A stretch of DNA of 63,966 nt, the filler included, from an uncultured bacterium (lineage in GTDB: Bacteria; CAYJRR01), in NCBI GenBank assembly GCA_964372275.1. It is 4 parts of 4 records of this genome, joined end to end, with 100 filler letters (N's around TTAATTAATTAA, not from the genome) between each part and the next. Parts side by side here need not be neighbours in the genome. Positions count along the whole stretch, not along the records: positions 20,645 to 41,115 come from CAYJRR010000083.1; positions 41,216 to 61,262 come from CAYJRR010000084.1; 2 more parts are not named here. One strand, given 5' to 3'. Positions within the stretch are counted from its first letter, which is position 1; every line of letters starts with the position of its first letter. The notes below the pieces were generated by a model that saw only the letters and a list, made by a program, of their open reading frames with translations, had not been told where the DNA came from and did no database searches. Of the stretch, positions 39,041-49,012 are shown one piece after another. Position numbers and translations under genes: made by a program.

Positions 39041-40213
39041 ATGCCCCGTCCAGCCCCGGTCTACCTCGATCACAACGCCACCACTCCGGTGCATCCCGAG
39101 GTGCGCGGGGCGATGGCGCGCGCGTTGGAAGAGGGGTTCGGCAATCCGTCGTCGCACCATTGGGCGGGCCGCCTGGCGCGGGGGATGGTCGATCGTGCGC
39201 GCGAGGAGATCGCGCGCGCCATCGGAGGCTCGGTCGCGGAGATCGTCTTCACCTCCGGGGCGTCCGAGGCCGACAACCTCGCGATCCGCGGGACGTGCCG
39301 CGAGGCGATCGGGCCGCGCGACACGATCGTGCTCACCGCCGTCGAGCACCCGGCCGTCCGCGCCGCCGCGCTCTCCTGCGCCGATCGCGGGTGGCGCGTG
39401 GTGACGGTCGGCGTCGATGCCGAGGGTCGGCTCGACCTCGACGCGCTCGACCGCGCCCTCGACGGCCGGGCCTTCCTGGTCGCGGCGATGGCGGTAAACA
39501 ACGAGACCGGCGTCGTCCTCCCGGTGGCGGAGATCGGGCGCCTCGCGCGCGCCCGCGGCGTCCTCTTCTTCTGCGACGCGGTGCAGGCGCCCGGAAAGAT
39601 CCCGGTCGACGTCGGAGGGTGGGGGGCCGACCTCGTCGCCTTCACCGCGCACAAGCTCGGCGGCCCCAAGGGGATCGGCTGTCTCTGGGCGCGGCGGGGG
39701 CTCGAGCTCGCGCCGCTGATCGTCGGCGGTTCGCAGGAACGGGAGCGACGCGCCGGCACAGAGAACGTCCCCGGGATCGTCGGCTTCGGCGCGGCGATGC
39801 GGATCGCCTGCGCCTCGCAGGCCGAGAACGCGGGCCGCGTGCGACGGCATCGGGACCGTCTGGAGGCGGAGCTGACCCGACGGATTCCGGGCGCGGTGGT
39901 CCACGGTGCCCGCGCCGAGCGGGTGACGAACACCGCCTACCTCAGTTTTCCCGGCGCGCTCGGCGAAAATCTCCTGATCGCGCTCGACCTGGAGGGGATC
40001 GCCGTCTCCGGCGGCTCGGCCTGCGCCTCGGGGGCGATGCACCCGTCGCACACGCTGGAGGCGATGGGCGTGCCCGCGGCGATGGCGATGGGTGCGGTAC
40101 GGTTCAGCCTGGGACCCGCCACGACGGAGGCCGAGATCGATCGCGTGCTCGAGGTCGTTCCGCGTCTGGTCGAGGAGCAACGCGCCCATCTCGGCCAGGG
40201 GCCGCGGGCGTGA
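39041..40213 (+). CDS. Cysteine desulfurase, IscS/NifS family
   Basis: YLDHNATTP, GNPSS, NNETG, DAVQ, AHKLGGPKG, SGGSACAS. Confidence 0.93.
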   Translation: MPRPAPVYLDHNATTPVHPEVRGAMARALEEGFGNPSSHHWAGRLARGMVDRAREEIARAIGGSVAEIVFTSGASEADNLAIRGTCREAIGPRDTIVLTAVEHPAVRAAALSCADRGWRVVTVGVDAEGRLDLDALDRALDGRAFLVAAMAVNNETGVVLPVAEIGRLARARGVLFFCDAVQAPGKIPVDVGGWGADLVAFTAHKLGGPKGIGCLWARRGLELAPLIVGGSQERERRAGTENVPGIVGFGAAMRIACASQAENAGRVRRHRDRLEAELTRRIPGAVVHGARAERVTNTAYLSFPGALGENLLIALDLEGIAVSGGSACASGAMHPSHTLEAMGVPAAMAMGAVRFSLGPATTEAEIDRVLEVVPRLVEEQRAHLGQGPRA

Positions 40214-40851
40214 TCCTCGAGGCGCTCCAGAACGTGATCCGCGACGCGGTCGGCAATCCGCCGCTCTTCGCGCTGCGCGCAATCCTGCTCGTCGTCGCCA
40301 TCACCCTCCACGAATGGGGCCACGCGGCGATGGCGACCTGGTGCGGCGACCCGACGCCGCGCAACGAGGGTCGAGTCACGCTCAATCCCCTCGCGCACCT
40401 CGACCCGATGGGGACGATCGGGATGCTGTTCTTCGGGTTCGGCTGGGGAAAGCCGGTGATGATCCAGCCCGGCTACTTCCGGAACGGGCGCTGGGACCAC
40501 GTGAAGGTCGCGGCCGCCGGTCCGGCGATGAACCTCCTCCAGGCGGTCGCCTTCGCGCTGGCGTTGAAGACGGTCGTGTCCGGGTCGGGCGGTTCGGCGG
40601 CGACGGCGCTGATCCTCTACTATGGGATGGCGATCAACGTGGGGCTGATGGTCTTCAACCTGATCCCGGTGGGACCGCTCGACGGGGCGACGATCCTCAA
40701 GGGGTTCCTCCCGCTCCGCGCCGCGTACGAGTTCCACCAGTTCAACCGCAACTGGGGGACGCTCCTGATGTTCGGGTTGGTGATGACCGGATCGGTCGGA
40801 CTGTTCCTGAAACCCGTGCAACACGGCCTGTTCCGGTTGGTGGGACTCTAG
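40210..40851 (+). CDS. Site-2 protease (M50 family)
   Basis: [39 protein letters not shown]. Confidence 0.92.
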   Translation: MILEALQNVIRDAVGNPPLFALRAILLVVAITLHEWGHAAMATWCGDPTPRNEGRVTLNPLAHLDPMGTIGMLFFGFGWGKPVMIQPGYFRNGRWDHVKVAAAGPAMNLLQAVAFALALKTVVSGSGGSAATALILYYGMAINVGLMVFNLIPVGPLDGATILKGFLPLRAAYEFHQFNRNWGTLLMFGLVMTGSVGLFLKPVQHGLFRLVGL

Positions 40852-40858
40852 ACGCCCC

Positions 40859-41115
40859 ATGTCCGCCGCCGCGCCCGACTACAAGGTCCGCCTCGAGGTG
40901 TTCGAGGGTCCGCTCGACCTCCTCCTCTACCTGATCAAGAAGGAGGAGATCGGGGTCTGGGACATCCCGATCTCGCGGATCACCGAGCAGTACCTGCAGT
41001 ACCTCGACCTGATGCGCGAGCTGAACCTCGACGTCGCCGGCGAGTTCCTGCTGATGGCGGCGACGCTGGCGCACCTCAAGTCGAAGGAGCTGCTCCCCAA
41101 GGATCCGTCGGCGGA
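40859..41115 (+). CDS. scpA: Segregation and condensation protein A (3' truncated)
   Basis: [12 protein letters not shown]...ITEQYL...[18 protein letters not shown]. Confidence 0.93.
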
Positions 41116-41215
41116 NNNNNNNNNNNNNNNNNNNNNNNNNNNNNNNNNNNNNNNNNNNNTTAATTAATTAANNNNNNNNNNNNNNNNNNNNNNNNNNNNN
41201 NNNNNNNNNNNNNNN
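41116..41215. other. Artificial contig-joining spacer
   Basis: N44-TTAATTAATTAA-N44. Confidence 0.97.
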
Positions 41216-41687
41216 CGAGCGCCGCTGGACCCTCCTGCGGCGCGGCGTCGGTCTTGGTTTCGCTCCGGTAGGCCGCCCCCCACGCCACGTAGTCGGCGCC
41301 GGCCTCCGCGGCCTCGCGCGCCTCCTCGGCGGTGTCGGTCGAGCGACCGACAATCGTTCCCGGCGGGAGGATCCTCCGCGCCGCCGTCAGCGGAAGGTCG
41401 TCGCTTCCCAGGTGCAGCCCGTCCGCCGCGACGGCGGCCGCGATGTCGGCGCGGTCGTTGACGACGAGGAGCAGACCCAGACCGCGCGCCGCCGCCGCGA
41501 ACGCGGACGCGGCGCGGTAGAACACTCCATCGCGCAGGTCCTTCCCGCGGAGCTGCACGATCCGCACGCCGGGAACGGCGACGGCGCGCAGCAGCGCCAG
41601 CGCGCGCCGGTCGTCCTCGTCGGGCCGAAGATCGACGATCGGATAGAGGCCGCGGATCGCCTCGGCCGTCTTGCGGCGACGTTCCAT
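41216..41687 (-). CDS. thiE: Thiamine phosphate synthase (3' truncated)
   Basis: GLYPIVD, VQLRGK, VNDRADIA, LHLGSDD, GRST, ADYVAWG...SETK. Confidence 0.9.
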
Positions 41688-41820
41688 CGCCGTTCTCCTC
41701 GCGCGAACCGCCGCAAAACGCAACGCCTGAAACGGCGCGCGCGCAGGGAATATTCCTTTGCCGCCGACCGTTGCATTTCGTAGATTCGAAGGGAGGGTTG
41801 CCCGTACGCGGGCGTTCGCG

Positions 41821-43686
41821 ATGCCCCCGACTTCCGGAGACTCGCAAATGGTTCGAGGCCCGTGCGACGACCGACCCGTGCGACGCACCGCGCGCCGGTC
41901 GCCGGCCCCCGGCGGAGCCTTCGCCCTTTCCGCCGCGCTCCTCGCCCTCGTGGGCTGCGCGCCGCGCGCCCATCTCGGTCCTCCGCCGGCGGCCTCGGCC
42001 GCCGCCCCCGCGTCGGGAAGCGATGACGCTCCGTCCGCGTCGGCGGCGGAGTTGCCGGGGGAACCGTCGCTGGTCGAGCTCTACCCTTCTCTCGGCGAGG
42101 AGGAGGACGCTCCGCCGTCTCCGGAGCTCGAGCTCGAGATTCAGGAGGAGGAGGCGTTCCTGTCCGAGGCGGTGCCGGCTTCGGTGCGGCTCGATCTCGC
42201 CGCCCTGCGGGCGAAGTACGACATCCCGATCGAAGTGACGCCGACCGTCGAGCAGTTCCTGGTCTACTTCCAGACACGCGGGCGCAAGTGGTACGAGAAG
42301 TGGATGGCGCGATCGACGCGCTACCTGCCGATGATGCGTCAGGTCTTCCGCGAGAACGGGTTGCCGGAGGACCTCGTCTACCTGGCGATGATCGAGAGCG
42401 GCTTCTCGATGAAGGCATGGTCCCGCGCCAAGGCCTCCGGCCCCTGGCAGTTCATGAAGGCCACCGGGAGCCGATACGGACTCCACGACGACTGGTGGAT
42501 CGACGAGCGCCGCGATCCGGAACAGGCGACCCGTGCCGCCGCCGCACACCTGAAGGACCTCTACGACGAGTTCGGCGATTGGTACCTCGCGGCCGCCGCG
42601 TACAATGCCGGCGCCGGCAAGATCAACAAGGCGATCGCCAAGTACGGGACGCGCAACTACTGGGAGCTGTGCAAGGCGGGTCGATACCTGAAACCCGAGA
42701 CCAAGCACTACGTTCCGAAGCTGATCGCGGCGGCGATCCTCGCCAAACATCCCGAGCAGTTCGGCTTCAACGGCATCGACTACCTCGAGCCGCTGGAGTA
42801 CGAGGAGGTCACCGTACCCGATGCGACCGATCTGCGCGTCGTCTCGGAGTGCGCCGGGGCCGACTACGATTCGGTCCTGGAGCTCAATCCATCGCTCAAG
42901 CGATTCTGCACGCCGCCGGGGCGCGCAAGCTTCGCGGTGCGCGTCCCGAAGGGGACGTCGGCCGCCTTCGCCGACGCGTACGCGCGTCTCCCGCCGGAGA
43001 AACGCCTCACCTTCCGCCGCCACGTCGTTCGTTCGGGCGAGACACTGAGCGCCATCGCTCGCCGCTACGGCACCAGTTCCGACGCGGTGCTCCGGATGAA
43101 CGGGATGGTGAACGCGCGGCGGCTCCGCGCCGGCCGGGAGCTGGTGATTCCGATCCCCGAGGGTCACATCGCCCTTCTCGCGGCCGCGGCGCCCGAGCCG
43201 GAACCGGAGTCCAAACGGCCTGCGCCCCCCGCGAGGCGCGTGACGGCCGCCGGCCGCGTCGCGTCCGACGCGGCCTCGCTCCCGGGGGCGGCGTCGATCG
43301 CCGGGCGGGAGCTGGTGCGGCTCACGCTCGCGCCCGGCGACACCTTGTGGGCGATCTCGAATCGCTACGGCGTGACGGTGGACGACGTGAAGCGATGGAA
43401 CGGCATCCGAAACCATCGTTCGGTGCAGGCGGGGGCGACGCTGAACGTGTACGTTCCTCGCAAGGAGCCGGTCCCGGCCGCGGGGCCGAAGCCGATCGCC
43501 GCGGGCGACGGGACGGGCGTGCTCTCCTATCGGGTGAAGAAGGGGGACACGGTCTGGGACATCGCCCGCGAGCACAACGTCGATCCTCTCGCCCTGCTCA
43601 AGTCGAACAATCTCTCGCGCCGTTCGAAGATCCGTCCGGGCGACGTGCTCGTGATCCGTGTCGCCGACTCGACCCCCGCGCACTGA
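41821..43686 (+). CDS. MltD-like lytic transglycosylase lipoprotein with three LysM domains
   Basis: Lipobox LVGC; LAMIESG; GPWQFM; AAAYNAG; ETKHYVPK; three LysM repeats. Start uncertain. Confidence 0.92.
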   Translation: MPPTSGDSQMVRGPCDDRPVRRTARRSPAPGGAFALSAALLALVGCAPRAHLGPPPAASAAAPASGSDDAPSASAAELPGEPSLVELYPSLGEEEDAPPSPELELEIQEEEAFLSEAVPASVRLDLAALRAKYDIPIEVTPTVEQFLVYFQTRGRKWYEKWMARSTRYLPMMRQVFRENGLPEDLVYLAMIESGFSMKAWSRAKASGPWQFMKATGSRYGLHDDWWIDERRDPEQATRAAAAHLKDLYDEFGDWYLAAAAYNAGAGKINKAIAKYGTRNYWELCKAGRYLKPETKHYVPKLIAAAILAKHPEQFGFNGIDYLEPLEYEEVTVPDATDLRVVSECAGADYDSVLELNPSLKRFCTPPGRASFAVRVPKGTSAAFADAYARLPPEKRLTFRRHVVRSGETLSAIARRYGTSSDAVLRMNGMVNARRLRAGRELVIPIPEGHIALLAAAAPEPEPESKRPAPPARRVTAAGRVASDAASLPGAASIAGRELVRLTLAPGDTLWAISNRYGVTVDDVKRWNGIRNHRSVQAGATLNVYVPRKEPVPAAGPKPIAAGDGTGVLSYRVKKGDTVWDIAREHNVDPLALLKSNNLSRRSKIRPGDVLVIRVADSTPAH

Positions 43687-43703
43687 TCGTTTACAGTCCA
43701 AGC

Positions 43704-44519
43704 ATGCGCACGCGCGTGGGGCGACTGCGGGGACCGTTGCTTCACGCGATGGCGTGGCTCCTGTTCGCGCTTCCGGCCGCGGCCCTCGGCCAGACACCGA
43801 CACCGACACCGACGCCCACGCCGGTCCCCGGTGCCGGCGGAGTCCCCGACGGCGAGATGCCGACGATCGCCGAGGACGCCGGCGACGACGGCGACGGCGA
43901 TACGGGCTCGCTGGGAACGGACGGCGACGAGGACGACGAAGAGGCCGAGTCCGTCGGCGACGAGGAGTCGGAAGAGGAATGGGACAACCGCTCCAGCGCC
44001 TCGGGGATGATCCTCGGGATGCGAGGCGGCGTGCACGCCTACGAAGTGGGCGGGCTGGTCGACGACGGCGGCGTCGGACTGGAGTTCGTCGGCGCGATGC
44101 CGATCCACGGACCGTTCTACGCCGGCGGGGCCGCCGGCTATCACACCGGATACGTCGAAGCGGGGGCGGACGGCGAGAGTCGCTTCTTCGACGCGCAATA
44201 CTTCTCTCTCGAAGGACAGTATCGGCGGAACATCGGTCGCCTCAACATGACGGGCGGCGTCGGGATCGGCTACCTCACCGCCAATTCGGCGATGGTCGAG
44301 GCGCCGGAGGGCTCCGAGGAGGCGAACGATTCGATCGAGGTGAGCGGGTCGACGGTCGCCGTCCACGTCGTCACCGCGGCTCACTATCCGATCGCCGGAA
44401 GCTTCGGACTCGTCGCCCAGGTGAAGTACGCACTTGCGCCGGTCAACTTCACCAAGATCGAGGAGACGATCTCGATGGGCGGCCTGACGGTCGGCGTGGG
44501 GATGGATTTCGGCTTCTGA
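43704..44519 (+). CDS. Small outer-membrane beta-barrel protein with acidic N-terminal linker, copy 1
   Basis: Signal peptide, Pro/Thr and Asp/Glu linker, alternating beta-strands, terminal GMDFGF. Confidence 0.75.
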   Translation: MRTRVGRLRGPLLHAMAWLLFALPAAALGQTPTPTPTPTPVPGAGGVPDGEMPTIAEDAGDDGDGDTGSLGTDGDEDDEEAESVGDEESEEEWDNRSSASGMILGMRGGVHAYEVGGLVDDGGVGLEFVGAMPIHGPFYAGGAAGYHTGYVEAGADGESRFFDAQYFSLEGQYRRNIGRLNMTGGVGIGYLTANSAMVEAPEGSEEANDSIEVSGSTVAVHVVTAAHYPIAGSFGLVAQVKYALAPVNFTKIEETISMGGLTVGVGMDFGF

Positions 44520-44544
44520 CCCCGGATCGTTTACAGTGATCGAC

Positions 44545-45351
44545 ATGCGCCATCGCTTGGGAAATCTCCGAGGACTCCTGATCCTCGCCGTGCTCTCGCT
44601 CGCGTCGTGGCTTCCGTTTTCGGCGTTCGGCCAGACTCCGGCGGCCTCGCCGACCGCGACGCCATCGCCGGCCGCGACGCCGCCGGAAGCGTCGACGGAC
44701 GGGGACCTGCCCACTGTCTCCACCGACGCGCCCGACGACGACGAGGACGAGGAGGGGGACGACGCCGACGACGAGTCCGAGGAGGCGGACGAGGGCGACG
44801 ACGAGGAGGAGTGGGACAACCGCTCGAGCGCCTCGGGGATGATCCTCGGAATGCGCGCCGGGCTGCACGCGTACGAGCTCGGCGGCCTGTTCGGCGATGG
44901 CGGCGTCGGCGTGGAGTTCGCCGGAGCGATGCCGGTCCACGGTCCGTTCTATGCCGGTGGCGCCGTGGAGTACCACACCGGCTACGTCGAAGCGGGGGGC
45001 GACCGGGAGAGCCGCTTCTTCGAGGCGCAGCACTTCTCGCTCGAAGGTCAGTATCGCCGAACCGTCGGAACGTTCGGCTTGATGGGAGGCGTCGGGGTCG
45101 GTTATCTCACCGCCAACTCGGCCCTGGTGGTGACGCCCGAAGGGACGGAGCTCCCGGGAGATTCGACCGAGGTGACCGGTTCGACCGTCGCCATCCATCT
45201 CGTCGGGGCCGCGCACTACCCGATCACCGAGAGCTTCGGCGTGGTCGGCCAGCTCAAGTACGCCCTTGCGCCGGTCAACTTCACCAAGATCGAGGAGACG
45301 ATCTCGATGGGCGGCCTGACGATCGGCGTCGGGATGGACTTCGGCTTCTGA
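44545..45351 (+). CDS. Small outer-membrane beta-barrel protein, copy 2 (tandem paralog)
   Basis: Barrel region nearly identical to copy 1. Same upstream GATCGTTTACAGT. Confidence 0.78.
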   Translation: MRHRLGNLRGLLILAVLSLASWLPFSAFGQTPAASPTATPSPAATPPEASTDGDLPTVSTDAPDDDEDEEGDDADDESEEADEGDDEEEWDNRSSASGMILGMRAGLHAYELGGLFGDGGVGVEFAGAMPVHGPFYAGGAVEYHTGYVEAGGDRESRFFEAQHFSLEGQYRRTVGTFGLMGGVGVGYLTANSALVVTPEGTELPGDSTEVTGSTVAIHLVGAAHYPITESFGVVGQLKYALAPVNFTKIEETISMGGLTIGVGMDFGF

Positions 45352-45359
45352 CGGAGTGG

Positions 45360-45400
45360 TCCGCCCTTCGGGCTTCCTCGGGGAATCCCCGAGCCCCTAC
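45360..45400 (-). repeat. REP-like two-hairpin repeat
   Basis: Reverse complement GTAGGGGCTCGGGGATTCCCCGAGGAAGCCCGAAGGGCGGA, between convergent genes. Confidence 0.7.
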
Positions 45401-47118
45401 CGGATCGTCAGACGATACGGGTACAGCGCGAGCGGGGCCGCGGTGTCGAGGCGCGAGAGGCGTTCCGACGACTCGAGCGCGCGGCGTGCCGTTTCCGGAA
45501 GGTCCGACGCCCGTGCCGAGACGAACCCCTGTCCCTCGCTCAACGTCTCGAGCAGGCTCTTGCGCCGCGGGAAGACCTTGATACCCGGTCGCCCGCGCAC
45601 GTTCCCCTTCTGCATCGCGATCTCGATCGCCTTTTCCAACCCGCCCAGCTCGTCGACCAGTCCCAACTCCTTCCCGGCGCTGCCGAGCCAGACCCGCCCA
45701 CGGGCGACGCGGTCGACCGTCTCCTCGTCGAGACCGCGTCCGTCGGCGACCTTCCGCACGAAGACCTGGTAGGCGTCGGTCAGTTCCGCCGTCAGCTTTC
45801 GCCGCTCGGCGTCGCTGAACGGCCGCGTCGACGAGTACATGTCGGCGTAGTCGCCCCGTTTCATCCCGTCGGTGGTCAGGCCGATCTTGCCGTAAAGCCC
45901 CTTGGTGACGAACTTTCCGGTGAAGATCCCGATCGAGCCGGTGATCGTCCCGGGCTGCGCCACGATGGAGGTCGCCCCCATCGCGATGTAGTAGCCGCCC
46001 GACGCCGCCATGTCCCCCATCGAGGCGATCACGGGCTTGTTCGCCTTGGCGCGGATCACCTCCCGCCAGATGACGTCGCTGGCGAGAACGCTCCCGCCGG
46101 GGCTGTCGATCCGGATCACGATCGCCTTGACGTCGTCGTCCTCGGACGCGTCGCGCAACGCCTCGGCGATCGTGTCCGAGCCGAGAACCTCCCCCCCGAA
46201 CCCGGAGGACTGCGATTCGCCGGAGAGGATCTGGCCGGTGGCGTAGACCACGGCGATGGCGTCTCCGGTCAGGCCCGGCTTGCGGGCCCCGGAGGCCGTT
46301 CTCCGCAGCTCGGACGCGTCGACGATGGCGGGCTCGTCGGTCGACGTCCCCTTCACCCACTCCTCGAACTCGTCCCAATAGAACAGCTCGTCGACCAGCC
46401 CGGCCTCCTTGGCGGCCAGCGCCGCGTACGGGCCGCGGTCGATCAGATCCCGTACCCGATCGCGCGGGATCTTGCGGCCGGCGGAGACGGCGTCGACGAG
46501 CGATGCGAGGACGCCGTCGAGCAGCGCGTCGTACTCCTCGCGATAGTGATCGCTCATCCGCTCGCGGGTGAAGTGCTCCGGGGCGCTCTTAAACTCGCCG
46601 ATCGCCACGCCGTCGTAGGCGACGCCGACCTTGTCGAGCAGACCGCGGTAGAAGTCGAGCTCGGCCGACAGTCCGTCCAGGCCCAGCGTCCCCATCGGCG
46701 GCATGAACACCTTGTCGGCCACCGACGCCAGGAAGTACTCGGCGTCTTCGCCCGACTCCAGGAAGGCGACGACCGACTTCCCTTTGGTCTTCACCGCCTC
46801 GGCCTGGTCCCGTAGCTCGGCCAGCTTCGCCCAACCGATCGCCAGCGGCTCGATCCGCAGCACGATCCCCTGTACCCGCGACTCCTCCGCCGCCCAATGG
46901 AGGAGATCCGACAGCTCGCGCATCGTCGTCGGTTCGTCGCCGACCAGGTAGGTCTCGGAGACGTTCTCCGGGATCGTTCCCCCGATCCGGATCTCGACGT
47001 ACGAGCCCTTCGCCACCCCCGGCGAGCGGTACTTCGCGACCACGTAGATCAGCGCGCCGATTGCGACCAGGAGGAGGAGCGCCGACGCGCCGAGGGCGAT
47101 CAAGCAGCCTTTCTTCAT
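45397..47118 (-). CDS. sppA: Signal peptide peptidase SppA (67K type)
   Basis: N-terminal anchor; two S49 domains; FKSAPE; RIDSPGGS; SMGDMAASGGYY; TITGSIG; GRVWLG. Confidence 0.94.
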   Translation of the reverse strand: MKKGCLIALGASALLLLVAIGALIYVVAKYRSPGVAKGSYVEIRIGGTIPENVSETYLVGDEPTTMRELSDLLHWAAEESRVQGIVLRIEPLAIGWAKLAELRDQAEAVKTKGKSVVAFLESGEDAEYFLASVADKVFMPPMGTLGLDGLSAELDFYRGLLDKVGVAYDGVAIGEFKSAPEHFTRERMSDHYREEYDALLDGVLASLVDAVSAGRKIPRDRVRDLIDRGPYAALAAKEAGLVDELFYWDEFEEWVKGTSTDEPAIVDASELRRTASGARKPGLTGDAIAVVYATGQILSGESQSSGFGGEVLGSDTIAEALRDASEDDDVKAIVIRIDSPGGSVLASDVIWREVIRAKANKPVIASMGDMAASGGYYIAMGATSIVAQPGTITGSIGIFTGKFVTKGLYGKIGLTTDGMKRGDYADMYSSTRPFSDAERRKLTAELTDAYQVFVRKVADGRGLDEETVDRVARGRVWLGSAGKELGLVDELGGLEKAIEIAMQKGNVRGRPGIKVFPRRKSLLETLSEGQGFVSARASDLPETARRALESSERLSRLDTAAPLALYPYRLTIR

Positions 47119-47176
47119 CGCACCGCAAAATAGCACGGGCGGCCGAGGGGCGCCCTCCGGCGTATACTCCCAGTCG

Positions 47177-48631
47177 GTGGGCCGGATTCGCGGGTGGAAG
47201 CCGCTCCTCGTCGCGTCGGGGCTGGTCGGCGGCGTATTCGCCGCGGCCGATCGGGCACGCGCGAGGCCACCGGAGTCCCTCTCGGGTGAGTGCCACGACG
47301 GAAGGGCGATCGACGCGACACGCGACCTGCTCGCGTCGATGCGCTCGATCGGGCGGATCGCGGGCGATCCTCCCGGGGGTCTCCCGGAAGAGCGCCGCCG
47401 CGCGCTCGGAGCGCTCGCCGACTGCCCGCCGGGGACGACGTTTCGGCCGCTCTCCAACCTGCACCCCCCGGTGGAGGTGATCGCCGGATACTGGAGCGAC
47501 GGCCGTTTCGACAACGGGGCCTACCTGCGGCGCCTTTCCGAGATCGCCGGGCGCGCCGTGCCCGGGACTCGGCTGCGCGTCCTGGCCGACGAGCGCCAGG
47601 GTCGGAAGGGGCTCGAGTTCGCGAAGGTCGGTGAGCACGCCTCGCGGGTGACGATCCGGACGGTTCATGGCGAAACGCAGTGGGCGCAGGACTCGATGGA
47701 GATCGGCGTCGACGGCGAGCCGCCGCGTCCCGTCGTGGCGCCGATGTGGGCCGAGCGCTACGGTGACGTCGCGCAGGCGGTCGGCCTCCCGACGATCGAT
47801 TCGTGGTGGGAGCGAGGTGGCCGGCTCGAGGGATACCCCGGCGGGGTCACCGTCGTCACCGAGGCGTATCGCTTCCCGCCGGGTCAGGAGCCGCCGAACG
47901 TCGTGCGCGTCGACGTCGGCTTCCTGCGCATCGCGGACGTCGACGAGTTGTTCGGGGTCGTCCCGACCGGCGAACCGGCGCCGTGCAACTTCGCGCTCCT
48001 CTACGCGTCTCCGGCGCTCGGTCTCGAGCTCGCCGAGCGGCTCGCGCGGGAGAACCCCTCCGCGCCGCTCGAGCCGCCGTTCTACCGGCCCCACACGGCT
48101 CGCGAGCCGGCGCCGTTCGGGGCTTCGGACTGCCTGGAGGGGCTGCCCCGAGCCGGCACCTTCCAGGGACACGTGGCGGCCGCCGACACGCGGCCGCTAC
48201 GAGCCCGGGAGGCGCTCGGCTGCGACGAGTTCGTGCGGGCGAACCGCGAGTACGAGCGGATCGCGCGCCAGGGGGTGGAGACGATCGCTGCGGCCGTCTC
48301 CGCGCGGACCGGGTGCGCGCGACCGGCGGTGGTGCCGATGCCGCAGCTGTTTCGTCCGGCCGCGGCGCGCGATCGGTACGGAGACGGCGACGGAGCCCTG
48401 GCGCTCAATCCGAACACGGTGAATCAACTGGTGCTCGACCGGACGGTGGTGGTGGCCGAGCAGCCGAATCGCCTGTTCGAGAACGAGGTGCGGGAGCGCC
48501 TGTCCGGAATCGGGGTCCGGACCGAGTTCATCGACGCCGGCTTCTACCATTTCAATCTCGGGACGGTGCACTGCAGCACCAACGTGCGCCGCGAATGCGT
48601 GGTGCCCGTTCCGACCGTCGGCAGCCGCTAG
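47177..48631 (+). CDS. Protein-arginine deiminase (PAD)-like secreted protein; catalytic His apparently replaced
   Basis: QWAQDSMEIG, LRIADVDELFGVVP, NTVNQLV, FIDAGFYHFNLGTVHCSTNVRR. Signal peptide ending ARA. Confidence 0.72.
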   Translation: MGRIRGWKPLLVASGLVGGVFAAADRARARPPESLSGECHDGRAIDATRDLLASMRSIGRIAGDPPGGLPEERRRALGALADCPPGTTFRPLSNLHPPVEVIAGYWSDGRFDNGAYLRRLSEIAGRAVPGTRLRVLADERQGRKGLEFAKVGEHASRVTIRTVHGETQWAQDSMEIGVDGEPPRPVVAPMWAERYGDVAQAVGLPTIDSWWERGGRLEGYPGGVTVVTEAYRFPPGQEPPNVVRVDVGFLRIADVDELFGVVPTGEPAPCNFALLYASPALGLELAERLARENPSAPLEPPFYRPHTAREPAPFGASDCLEGLPRAGTFQGHVAAADTRPLRAREALGCDEFVRANREYERIARQGVETIAAAVSARTGCARPAVVPMPQLFRPAAARDRYGDGDGALALNPNTVNQLVLDRTVVVAEQPNRLFENEVRERLSGIGVRTEFIDAGFYHFNLGTVHCSTNVRRECVVPVPTVGSR

Positions 48632-48999
48632 CGCTCGTCGAACAGGTTGTAGTTGAGCTGCCGCCGTCGGTGGCGGTCGACGAAGGCGTGGACGGCAAGC
48701 TTGGCCGACGGAAAGTAGCGGACGATCTCGACGCCGAACGAGCGGGGCGATCCGGCCTCGGCCATCGAACCCCAGACGACGCGGCCGATCGCCATCACCG
48801 GATATTCGGCCTCGTTCGGGAGGACGAACTCCAGGTGGATCCGCGAACCGAGGCGGATGGTGTCCGTCGACTGGAGCTTGAGGCCGGAGAGGGAGACGTC
48901 CCTCGCATGGGCGGTCTCCTTCGCCGATCCTCCGTCGTGGAGCACGACCGGAACGTCGACCGGGACCCGAACGTGTCGCCGGCGTCGGACGGGCTCCAT
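48628..48999 (-). CDS. PilZ domain protein
   Basis: RRRHVR (RxxxR) and DVSLSG (DxSxxG); GRVVW. Confidence 0.88.
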   Translation of the reverse strand: MEPVRRRRHVRVPVDVPVVLHDGGSAKETAHARDVSLSGLKLQSTDTIRLGSRIHLEFVLPNEAEYPVMAIGRVVWGSMAEAGSPRSFGVEIVRYFPSAKLAVHAFVDRHRRRQLNYNLFDER

Positions 49000-49012
49000 G
49001 CGTGAGGTGACT

